The position numbers and the translations under genes were made by a program. The notes beneath the pieces are model-generated. The model had not been told where the DNA came from. It made no database searches and saw nothing but the letters and a program-made list of their open reading frames with translations. Shown here one piece after another: positions 25,911 to 34,458 of a stretch of 64,000 nt of DNA (position 1 is the first letter of the stretch; every line of letters begins with the position of its first letter). The stretch comes from Kiritimatiellia bacterium (GTDB lineage: Bacteria > Verrucomicrobiota > Kiritimatiellia > RFP12 > UBA1067), in the NCBI GenBank assembly GCA_045628545.1, contig JAZQPI010000018.1:3643-67642 (forward strand), given 5' to 3'.

Positions 25911-27396
25911 TTGGATTGCCTGTGCGGCAATATCGCTGGTCTTCGCGGCTGCGGCCGAGGAGGGTCATTTCGACTTGACGGGCGACATTGCCGCCGACGG
26001 CGTGGCTGCAGTGCCGCTCACCATTGACATCTATCGGGCCTGCGGGGCGGGGGAGGGGCGTCTCGGGCGCGAGTTGCGCGTTCTGGACGCAAAGGGCGTT
26101 GCCCAACCCTACGTCCTGCGTCGACGCTGTGCGTTCAATGTGCATACGGAAACTCAGTCCGAGCCCTGCAAGGTCCGCGACCTGTCCGAAAACGCCGACG
26201 GCTCGATTACGCTGACGGCCGCCGTGCGCGAGGGATTCGACATCGGCAGTGCCCGGGTGTCCGGCGTGGAGATCGGCACATCGCTCAAGGACTTCGCGCA
26301 GATGGTCGTCATCGGCTCCGCGGACGGGGCGAAGATCGCCGAAGGCCGGATTTTCGACTACACGCGTTTCGCATCTGTCAGGAGCACGACGGTTGCCGTC
26401 GGCGGAAAGTTGCCGCGGGAATTCACGATTACCTTGCGCCGTCCAGTGACGGAAGTGGAGAGCTCCGCATTCGAGCGGGTTGTCAGCACGGGCGCGGTCA
26501 ACAGCGTCTCGATCCGCCGGATGGCCCAGGAGCAGCCGTTCCGCGTCGACGCGGTTCGCGTGTGCTGCCAGACGGCATCGGTGTCGGCGGAGCCTCTGCC
26601 GCTGGACAGGGTCACGCTTTCCGGCGGCGAGACGGAGGATGGCTGCTACGTCTACGAGGCTTACTCGGCGCCCGTTGAAATGGCGAAGGCGGCGCCGGGC
26701 GCGGAAAACTGGGCGTTCGACGTCCTCGTCGAACGTCGGGGCCGCGACGGCGGACAGCGTACGGAAAGCCGGGAGCGTCTTTATGCGATTAAGTTGCCCA
26801 ACCGCATCAGCGCGAAGCGGAACTTTTCGTGCCGACCGGATCCGGATGACGGGCGCATTCGCTTTCGCATCGACCGCGGCGACAATCCGCCGGTGGCTCT
26901 AGGCGATCCGCCGTTCGTGTTCTTGATGGAACCTTACGAAGTCGTGTTCGTCGCGAAGCGCGGCGAGAGCTACCGGCTGGCCTTTGACAGGGGCGCGGAC
27001 ACGCCGCACTATTCCGACGGAGTCCTGGCGTATCTGCGCGCCGAGACATCCCCGCTGACGCTGATCGCGGTGCAGGCGGGCGAGTTCGCCGCGCCGACGG
27101 AGGTTGGGATGCCGACCTGGATCCAGGAAAACTGGGCGACGGCGGCATCCCTGCTGGTCTTGGCCGCGCTCGTCCTCTTTTGCCTCCGTTCCTTCGGCAA
27201 GGTGTCGCTAATCGCTTTCGCACTGCTGTCGGTGGCTGGCTGCGCGACCTCGTCGATGAAGTCGACGCCGTTCTACTGTGACGCCGTTTTTCGGGGTGTT
27301 ACACAAGGAGCACAAGAAGGGCGTGTGGCTGTGGCCGCTCTTCGGCTGGACAAGCGACGACCGAATGGAGGCTGCCGAGGCGCAGATGAACGCTGA
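25897..27396 (+). CDS. secreted / membrane-anchored protein (DUF3999-like); 3' end uncertain because of a probable frameshift
   Basis: Signal peptide MKRRNWIACAAISLVFAAAA. C-terminal TM (ASLLVLAALVLFCL) is followed by a second hydrophobic lipobox-like segment (LLSVAGC). Overlaps an ORF in another frame from 27278. DUF2339/DUF3999 gene pairs are a recurrent neighbourhood. Confidence 0.45.
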   Translation: MKRRNWIACAAISLVFAAAAEEGHFDLTGDIAADGVAAVPLTIDIYRACGAGEGRLGRELRVLDAKGVAQPYVLRRRCAFNVHTETQSEPCKVRDLSENADGSITLTAAVREGFDIGSARVSGVEIGTSLKDFAQMVVIGSADGAKIAEGRIFDYTRFASVRSTTVAVGGKLPREFTITLRRPVTEVESSAFERVVSTGAVNSVSIRRMAQEQPFRVDAVRVCCQTASVSAEPLPLDRVTLSGGETEDGCYVYEAYSAPVEMAKAAPGAENWAFDVLVERRGRDGGQRTESRERLYAIKLPNRISAKRNFSCRPDPDDGRIRFRIDRGDNPPVALGDPPFVFLMEPYEVVFVAKRGESYRLAFDRGADTPHYSDGVLAYLRAETSPLTLIAVQAGEFAAPTEVGMPTWIQENWATAASLLVLAALVLFCLRSFGKVSLIAFALLSVAGCATSSMKSTPFYCDAVFRGVTQGAQEGRVAVAALRLDKRRPNGGCRGADER

Positions 27397-27733
27397 TCGG
27401 TTGGATCCGAAGATTGTGGCCAAGATGCACGCGACGGAATGGCAAAAGGGGTCTACAAGCCGTTGGTATGAAGCGACGGGCGCAATCAATGTGCACGACG
27501 GTTCCTGTCTGTTGAGCGGGCTGAGCACGAGCGGTCGCTGGATTCAATGGCATGCGCACGAGCTAACTGTAACCGCAACTGGTTCGTCGGAGTTCGGAAA
27601 CTTTTTCGCCTACGGTTCGAAGGCGAACGGCTACTCGAAGACTTCGCTTCTCTGTCGGCTTTTTCGGAACGAGTACGATCCGAAGACGGACAAGCGGCCG
27701 GTCGATTTCCTGTTCATTCCCGTTTGGAGGTAA
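27278..27733 (+). CDS. hypothetical protein (151 aa), or the frame-shifted continuation of the upstream gene
   Basis: GTG-initiated ORF. Its stop is 2 nt before the start of the downstream hydrolase gene, suggesting translational coupling. Upstream junction sits in a T5 run at 27287-27291. Confidence 0.35.
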   Translation: MTPFFGVLHKEHKKGVWLWPLFGWTSDDRMEAAEAQMNADRLDPKIVAKMHATEWQKGSTSRWYEATGAINVHDGSCLLSGLSTSGRWIQWHAHELTVTATGSSEFGNFFAYGSKANGYSKTSLLCRLFRNEYDPKTDKRPVDFLFIPVWR

Positions 27734-27735
27734 CG

Positions 27736-28626
27736 ATGATTGCTGAGGCATTGCTGATGGCCACGACGGTCTGGTACATTCCTGGATGGATGCGGACCGA
27801 GACTCCCCACGAGGGCGTGCTCGAGTGCATCTCCAACGTCTTCCCCGAAGCGACGATCGAGTTCAAGGCCTGGGACGGCAACCGTCTCGTGTGGCCGCAC
27901 GCGGTGGAATCCGCCGACAAGGAGTCGTGGCGCTTCGCCTTCGAAGTGGCGACGATGCCCGCGGAGAAACGCGAAAACCTCGTGATTGTCGGGCACTCCC
28001 TCGGCGGACGGATCACGGCGCGGATCTTGGCGCGGCTCGCGGAGCGCGGCTTGAAAATCAGGCAGGGCGAACTTCTGGCCGCGGCCATTCCGTCGACCGA
28101 TCCCGATCTGGCGAAGATGGGCGGCGGCTCGGCGCTGCCGGTCCTCGCGCTGTGCAACCCCGACGACATCGTCCTGCGCTACGTCTACGCGATGGCTGGC
28201 GGCGAGGACTCGGTGGCCTTCGGCGCGAACGGCGCCCTGAAGACGATCGAAAACGTGCGGGAATGCGTGACGCCGCGCGACCTCACGAAGCAGGTGGAGA
28301 TTAACGCGGGCTGGGGGAAAGTGCAGGCGCTGAAGGACGTGCGGAATCACAGCGAGTTCTTCTACATCGACTATTTGCGGCGCCTTCTGAACGGGGAGGA
28401 GGCGTCGGTCGAGGTCATGGTTCCGCAGGCCCTGCCGACCTTCGAGGGCAGAGTGACGGATTCCGGCCTCTGGTGGGACACGCTCGCGGAGACGAACGGC
28501 TGGAAGCTTCAGCGCAACAAGGTGACGGGGCACGGGCGCATTATCGATCCGCAAAAGGTCCGCAAGGCCTGGGGCAAGGTCGAGGACCTGCGGCTGTCAT
28601 TTGAAAAGGTAGGCGAGCAGCTCTGA
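27736..28626 (+). CDS. alpha/beta-hydrolase fold serine esterase/lipase-like protein
   Basis: GHSLGG nucleophile elbow (VIVGHSLGGRI). GGAGG RBS 5 nt upstream. The track ORF starts further upstream but the coupled ATG at 27736 is more plausible. Confidence 0.7.
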   Translation: MIAEALLMATTVWYIPGWMRTETPHEGVLECISNVFPEATIEFKAWDGNRLVWPHAVESADKESWRFAFEVATMPAEKRENLVIVGHSLGGRITARILARLAERGLKIRQGELLAAAIPSTDPDLAKMGGGSALPVLALCNPDDIVLRYVYAMAGGEDSVAFGANGALKTIENVRECVTPRDLTKQVEINAGWGKVQALKDVRNHSEFFYIDYLRRLLNGEEASVEVMVPQALPTFEGRVTDSGLWWDTLAETNGWKLQRNKVTGHGRIIDPQKVRKAWGKVEDLRLSFEKVGEQL

Positions 28627-28709
28627 GTAGACAAGGGGTGAAACGCATGGCAAATTGCGGATCGCGCGATGCCTGCAAAATCTCTGTTGCGCATAACGCT
28701 CGCCAAATA

Positions 28710-28718
28710 TGGTATAAT
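28710..28718 (+). promoter_or_regulatory. extended -10 element TGGTATAAT upstream of ilvB
   Basis: TGGTATAAT lies 21 nt before the ATG at 28739. Confidence 0.4.
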
Positions 28719-28738
28719 TGACCTTAACGCGAATCATT

Positions 28739-30361
28739 ATGTCGGTCAAGAGTCCATACGAGGCGAGACGCGGCGCACGGGCGCTGGTCGAGAGCCTGGA
28801 AAAGGCGCGGGTCGAGGTGCTGTTCGGCTATCCGGGCGGCAACGTCGTCGACGTCTTCGACGAGCTCTCGCGCTCGTCCGTCCGCTTCGTCCCCGGCGTT
28901 CACGAGCAGGGGTGCGTCCACATGGCCGACGGCTACGCCCGCGCCTCGGGCCGCCCCGGCGTGGTGGTGGTGACGAGCGGCCCCGGGCTGACCAACACGA
29001 TCACCGGGCTCGGGACCGCGAACATGGACGGCGTGCCGCTCGTGCTCATCTGCGGACAGGTGCCGCTGGGGCAGATCGGCACCGACGCCTTCCAGGAGGC
29101 GGACACGACCGGCCTGACCCGCGCCGTCTCGAAGCACAATTTCCTCATCCATTCGGCGGACGAGATCCCCGAGACCGTGGCCCAGGCCTTTTACATCGCG
29201 ACGCACGGCAAGCCCGGCCCCGTCGTGATCGACCTGCCGCGCGACATCCAGTGCCAGCTGACGGCGGCGCAGTATCCCGAGCGCGTAGTCCTGCGCGCCT
29301 ACCATCCCGAGTCCGCCGCGACGACGTCGCAGGTCAACCGGCTCGCGAAGCTCGTCAACGAGGCGAAGCGTCCGCTGATCTACGCGGGCGGGGGCGTGAT
29401 CGCCTCCGGCGCGTCCGCCGACGTCGCCGCCCTTTCCGCCAAGGCCGGCATTCCGGTCGTGACGACGATGATGGGCCTGGGCGCGGTCGACGGCCGTTTG
29501 CCGCTCGCGCTCGGCATGGCCGGCCGCCACGGCAGCGCCGCGGCCAACTCCGCGGTCCGTTCGGCGGACCTGATCCTGGCGCTCGGCATGCGCTTCAACG
29601 ACCGCGTGGCGGCCGAGCCGGGCCGTTTCGCGCGGCAGGCGAAGCTCGTCCACGTGGACTGCGATCCGGCGTCGATCGGCAAGAACGTGCGCGTCGACCT
29701 CGGCATCGTGGCGGACGTGAAGGACCTGCTGACGACGGTGAATTCGCGCATCAGGGCGGGGGTGCGGCCGGGCTGGCCGGCTCCGGCTCCTGCCGAACGC
29801 CCGACGGACGTCGCGGGCGCGGGCGTTTCGCCGTTCGCCGTCATCGCGGCGATCGACCGGCTGACGGAAGGGGACGTGGTCGTCACCACCGACGTCGGCC
29901 AGCACCAGATCTGGGCGGCGCGGACCCTGCGCCACGTCTATCCGCGGCATTTCATCACTTCCGGCGGCATGGGGACGATGGGCTTCGGCATTCCCGCGGC
30001 GATCGGCGCGGCGCTGGCGCGGCCGAACCACCGCGTGGTCGCCCTGCTGGGCGACGGCGGCGCGCAGATGACGGTTCACGAGCTGCCGATCGCGGCGCGG
30101 CTCGGCCTGCCGATCGTCTTCGTCGTCTTCCGCAACAACGCGCTCGGCCTGGTGCGCCAGATCCAGTGCCAGTCGTGCGGCGGCAACTGCTTCGCGACCG
30201 ACATCGAGCCGCCGGACTTCGTCCGCCTGGCCGCCGCCTACGGCGTGCCCGGCACGCGGCTCGTGCGCGGCAGGTCGCCCGAGGCCGTTCTGGCGCGGGC
30301 GCTGCGCCGGCGGGGGCCGTTTATGATCGAGGTCGAGGTCGACAAGGAGGTCGAGGCATGA
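28739..30361 (+). CDS. ilvB: acetolactate synthase large (catalytic) subunit, ThDP-dependent
   Basis: Begins MSVKSPYEARRGARALVESLEKARVEVLFGYPGGNVVDV. Carries the ThDP-binding motif GDGGAQM...N and a FAD-binding middle domain. Stop overlaps the small-subunit start (ATGA). Confidence 0.9.
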   Translation: MSVKSPYEARRGARALVESLEKARVEVLFGYPGGNVVDVFDELSRSSVRFVPGVHEQGCVHMADGYARASGRPGVVVVTSGPGLTNTITGLGTANMDGVPLVLICGQVPLGQIGTDAFQEADTTGLTRAVSKHNFLIHSADEIPETVAQAFYIATHGKPGPVVIDLPRDIQCQLTAAQYPERVVLRAYHPESAATTSQVNRLAKLVNEAKRPLIYAGGGVIASGASADVAALSAKAGIPVVTTMMGLGAVDGRLPLALGMAGRHGSAAANSAVRSADLILALGMRFNDRVAAEPGRFARQAKLVHVDCDPASIGKNVRVDLGIVADVKDLLTTVNSRIRAGVRPGWPAPAPAERPTDVAGAGVSPFAVIAAIDRLTEGDVVVTTDVGQHQIWAARTLRHVYPRHFITSGGMGTMGFGIPAAIGAALARPNHRVVALLGDGGAQMTVHELPIAARLGLPIVFVVFRNNALGLVRQIQCQSCGGNCFATDIEPPDFVRLAAAYGVPGTRLVRGRSPEAVLARALRRRGPFMIEVEVDKEVEA

Positions 30362-30612
30362 AACGCGAACCCGACGCCATCCACCGCCTGAACTGCTATG
30401 TCGAAAACCGCCCCGGCGTGCTGGCGCGGATCGTCGGCCTCATCTCCGGCCGCGGCTACAACATCCAGACTCTCAACGTCGGGCCGACGGAGGACGGGAC
30501 GGTCTCGCGCATGAAGATCGACGTGCTCGGCTCGGCCCGCGTGGTCGAGCAGATCATCCTTCAGCTTCGCAACCAGGTCAATGTCATTGAAGTAACCAGT
30601 CGCCGCATCTGA
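30358..30612 (+). CDS. ilvN: acetolactate synthase small (regulatory) subunit, ACT domain
   Basis: 84 aa. LNCYVENRPGVLARIVGLISGRGYNIQTLNV is the ACT fold typical of IlvH/IlvN. Translationally coupled to ilvB. Confidence 0.85.
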   Translation: MKREPDAIHRLNCYVENRPGVLARIVGLISGRGYNIQTLNVGPTEDGTVSRMKIDVLGSARVVEQIILQLRNQVNVIEVTSRRI

Positions 30613-30633
30613 TGCGGAAGAAAGGAACCCACC

Positions 30634-31782
30634 ATGAAGAAATCAGCAGTTCTCCTCGCGGCCTTCGCCGCCGCCGGCGTAGCCGGTGCCGCAACCATCG
30701 AGTCCGTCGGCTCTTTCGGCAAGCTGACGGACGGCTCCGAGGCCCATCTCTGGCGGATGAAGTCCGACGCCGGGCTCGTCCTGGAGGTCACCGATTTCGG
30801 CGGCCGCGTCGTGCGCGCGCTCGCGCCCGACCGCGACGGCAAGCTCGCCGACGTCACGCTCGGCTGGAACACCCCCGCCGAATACGAGAAGCTCGGCTTC
30901 TGCGTCGGCACCCTGATCGGCCGCTTCGGCAACCGCATCCGCGACGGCAAGTTCACGCTCGACGGCACCGACTACCAGCTGCCGCTGAGCGAGACCACGC
31001 CGGAGCCGCGGCACTGCAACCTCCACAGCGGGCCGAAGGGCTGGGACACGAAGATCTGGAACGTCAAGGACTATCGCGAGGGCGAGAACGCCTGTCTGTC
31101 GCTCACCTGCGTTTCGGAGGACGGCGAGTGCGGCTTCCCGGGGACGGTCAGCGCGAAGGTCGTCTACACCGTGACGCCGAAGAACGTCTGGCGCATCGAC
31201 TACGAGCTGACGACGGACAAGCCGACCATCGTCAATCCGACCCACCACACCTACTGGAACCTCGCCGGCGAGGCGTCCGGCAACGTCCTGAAGCAGGAGC
31301 TCAAGGTTTTCGCCGACCAGTACACGCAGACGGACGACGGCCTCATTCCCACGAAGCACGCGCCGGTCGCGGGCACGGGCTTCGACTTCACCGAGCTGCG
31401 TCCGATCGGCGCGAAGATGGAGTGGATGAAGGCTAACGCGTCCAAGGCGACGACCCTCTGGTACGACCACAACTTCGTCCTCCGCGGCAAAATCGGCGAG
31501 CTGCATCCGGCGGTGACGATGTTCGACCCCGCCTCCGGCCGCGCGCTGGAGGTCTGGACGACCGAGCCGGGACTCCAGATGTACGGTGCGCAGGACTTCA
31601 CCGCCGCCCTGCCCGCGAAGGCCGCCGGGGCGCACCTCTGCCCGTTCGCCGGCCTCGCGCTCGAGACCCAGCACTTCCCGGATTCGCCTAACCGTCCCGA
31701 CTTCCCGTCGACGGTGCTGCGTCCGGGGCAGGTCTTCAAGTCGACGACCGAGTACCGCTTCCACGCGGTGGCGGCGAAGTGA
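30634..31782 (+). CDS. aldose 1-epimerase (galactose mutarotase family), secreted
   Basis: Signal peptide; mutarotase motifs NLHGG-like HSGPKGWD and catalytic His/Glu contexts. 382 aa. Confidence 0.85.
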   Translation: MKKSAVLLAAFAAAGVAGAATIESVGSFGKLTDGSEAHLWRMKSDAGLVLEVTDFGGRVVRALAPDRDGKLADVTLGWNTPAEYEKLGFCVGTLIGRFGNRIRDGKFTLDGTDYQLPLSETTPEPRHCNLHSGPKGWDTKIWNVKDYREGENACLSLTCVSEDGECGFPGTVSAKVVYTVTPKNVWRIDYELTTDKPTIVNPTHHTYWNLAGEASGNVLKQELKVFADQYTQTDDGLIPTKHAPVAGTGFDFTELRPIGAKMEWMKANASKATTLWYDHNFVLRGKIGELHPAVTMFDPASGRALEVWTTEPGLQMYGAQDFTAALPAKAAGAHLCPFAGLALETQHFPDSPNRPDFPSTVLRPGQVFKSTTEYRFHAVAAK

Positions 31783-31823
31783 TTCGGCTTAAACAACGAC
31801 ACACGGAGAAAGGAACGAGAAAC

Positions 31824-32921
31824 ATGAGCCAACCCTCTTTTGAAGTCAGCGATTTCGGCGTCACCAAGTACGGCGAGAAGGCGCGCAAGTTCACGCTCCG
31901 CGGCGCGGGCGGCGTGGTGATGGAAGTCAGCGATTACGGCGGGAAGATCGTCCGCCTCTTCACGCCGGACCGCGACGGCAGCCTGAAGGACGTTGTCGTC
32001 GGCTTCGACGATCCGAGCGGCTGGGATTCCGGCGACCCCTACTGGGGCTGCCTCATCGGCCGTTACGGCAACCGCATCGCCAAGGGCGTCTTCACGCTGA
32101 ACGGCACGACCTACAAGCTGCCGGCGCTCAACAACGCTCCGGCCGGCATCGGCTGCAACCTCCACGGCGGCGCGCGCGGCTGGAACGCCTACGTCTGGGG
32201 CGCCGAGCCGTTCGTGAAGGGCGATGACGTTGGCGTGGTCTTCACGCACGTGTCGCCTGACGGCGACGAGGGCTTCCCCGGGCGCGTCGAGGTGAAGGTC
32301 ACCTACACGCTCACGGCCGCCAACGTCTGGCGCGTCGACTACGAGGCCGTGCCGGACGCCGATACGCCGATCAACATGACCCAGCACGTCTACTTCAACT
32401 TCAAGGGCGAAGCCGGCGGCACGATCGAGGACCACGTGATGACGATCGACTCCGACCGCATGACGCCGTACGGCGCGGACCAGATCCCGACGGGCGAAAT
32501 CGCCGCGGTGGACGGCACGCCGTTCGACTTCCGCAAGGGCATGCGCATCGGCGAGCGCATCAACGAGCCGAACCAGCAGCTCGAATTCGGCCGCGGCTAC
32601 GACCACAACTGGATCCTCAACGGCGGCAACTGGGACGGCGGCCCCGCCCGCCTGGCCTTCGCGGGACGCGTCGAGTGTCCGCTGAACGGCCGCTGCGTCG
32701 AGGTCTGGACGACCGAGCCGTGCATGCAGGTCTACACGTCGAACTGGTCGGACTACAACCAGACGGCCAAGGGCGGCGAACACCTCTCGTTCCGCTGCGG
32801 CGTCGCGCTCGAGACCCAGCACGCGCCCGACTCCCCGAACAAGCCCCAGTGGCCGACGACCTTCGTCAAGGCCGGCGCGACTTACCGCACGTCGACGGAG
32901 TTCCGCTTCTCGGCGAAGTGA
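31824..32921 (+). CDS. aldose 1-epimerase paralogue (cytoplasmic)
   Basis: Collinear with the upstream paralogue (NLHGGARGWN, FPGRVEVKVTYTL). Start set at MSQPSF with a GGAGAAAGGAACGAG RBS. Confidence 0.85.
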   Translation: MSQPSFEVSDFGVTKYGEKARKFTLRGAGGVVMEVSDYGGKIVRLFTPDRDGSLKDVVVGFDDPSGWDSGDPYWGCLIGRYGNRIAKGVFTLNGTTYKLPALNNAPAGIGCNLHGGARGWNAYVWGAEPFVKGDDVGVVFTHVSPDGDEGFPGRVEVKVTYTLTAANVWRVDYEAVPDADTPINMTQHVYFNFKGEAGGTIEDHVMTIDSDRMTPYGADQIPTGEIAAVDGTPFDFRKGMRIGERINEPNQQLEFGRGYDHNWILNGGNWDGGPARLAFAGRVECPLNGRCVEVWTTEPCMQVYTSNWSDYNQTAKGGEHLSFRCGVALETQHAPDSPNKPQWPTTFVKAGATYRTSTEFRFSAK

Positions 32922-32956
32922 GGAGCGGAAGTCCCTTTCAAAGGAAACAAACGAAA

Positions 32957-34458
32957 ATGGAAGCAACTACCGACATCAAGTCCCTGGACATCGTCGCCGC
33001 GCTGAAGAAGCCGCGCGCGAACTTCACCAAGGCGGACATCAAGCGGTTCATCAAGTCCCGCGGCATCCGTCACGTCAACTTCATGTATCCGGGCGGCGAC
33101 GGCCGGCTGAAGACGCTGAACTTCATCCTGAACGACGAGGCCTATCTGGACGAGATCCTGTCCTGCGGCGAGCGCGTCGACGGGTCGTCCCTCTTCAGCT
33201 ACATCGAGGCGAGCTCCTCCGACCTCTACGTCGTGCCGCGCTTCTCGAGCGCGTTCGTCGATCCGTTCGCCAAGCTGCCGACGCTGTGCCTGCTGTGCTC
33301 GTTCTTCAACAAGGACGGCGAGCCGCTCGAGTCCAGCCCCGAGTACACGCTGCACAAGGCCTGCGCCGCGTTCCGCAAGGAGACGGGGCTCGAGTTCCAG
33401 GCGATGGGCGAACTGGAGTACTACGTCATCAGCGACGCCCCCGCGGCGTTTCCGGCGAAGGACCAGAAGGGCTATCACGAGTCCGCCCCGTTCGCGAAGT
33501 TCAACGAGTTCCGCCAGAAGTGCATGCTCTACATCTCCCTGGCGGGCGGGCGCATCAAGTACGGCCACAGCGAGGTCGGCAACTTCACGCAGGGCGGCCG
33601 GCTCTACGAGCAGAACGAGATCGAGTTCCTGCCGTGCGCGGCGGAGGACGCGGCGAACCAGCTCACGGTCGCGAAGTGGATGATCCGCAACCTCGGCAGC
33701 GAATACGGCTACGACGTCACCTTCGCGCCGAAGATCACCTCGGCAAGGCGGGCTCGGGCCTCCACATCCACATGCGGCTGATGCGCAACGGCAAGAACCA
33801 GATGCTCAAGGCGGGCAAGATCAGCGACGCGGCCAAGCGCGCGATCGCCGGCATGATGAAGCTCGCGCCTTCCATCACGGCGTTCGGCAACATGAACCCG
33901 ACGAGCTACTTCCGCCTCGTGCCGCACCAGGAGGCGCCGACGAACGTGTGCTGGGGCGACCGCAACCGCTCCGTGCTCGTGCGCGTGCCGCTCGGGTGGA
34001 CGGCCAAGACCGACCTCTGCAAGGCGGCGAACCCGAAGGAGACCGCCGCGGCCTACAACACGTCCGAGAAGCAGACCGTCGAAATGCGCTCGCCGGACGC
34101 GTCCGCGAACGTCTACCTGCTGATGGCGGGCCTCGCGGTCGCCTGCCGTCACGGCTTCACGCTGAAGGACGGCGTCAAGTTCGCCGAATCGACCTATGTG
34201 AACGTCAACATTCACAAGGCCGAGAACGCGGCGCTGCTGAAGACGCTGGCGACGCTGCCCGACAGCTGCGCGGCGTCGGCGGACCGTCTGGCCGAGCAGC
34301 GCGCGGTCTACGAGGAGGCGGGAGTCTTCTCGCCGGCGATGACCGACGGCATCCTCGCCCAGCTCCGCGCGTTCGACGACCGGACGCTCCGCCGCGACAT
34401 CCAGAACAAGCCGGAGGCGGTCGCGAAACTGGTCAAGGAGTACTTCTACTGTGGTTGA
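32957..34458 (+). pseudogene. glnA: glutamine synthetase (GlnA-like) with a single-base frameshift near 33735
   Basis: N-terminal beta-grasp, then ...VTFAPKI in one frame and LGKAGSGLHIHMRL (GS ATP-binding signature), NPTSYFRLVP in the next frame. The two halves are collinear with E. coli GlnA (TFMPKP..GDNGSGMHCH). One base is missing between AAGATC and GGCAAG. Confidence 0.75.

Noticed and set aside
28669-30612. 647-aa plus-strand ORF and 451-aa minus-strand ORF (28724..30079) overlapping ilvB
   Set aside because: Alternative or antisense frames of ilvB/ilvN. The translation is Arg/Gly-rich junk, whereas the ilvB frame has ThDP-enzyme motifs.
31251-32966. 571-aa minus-strand ORF, and 373-aa minus-strand ORF 30643..31764
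   Set aside because: Antisense to the two aldose-1-epimerase genes.
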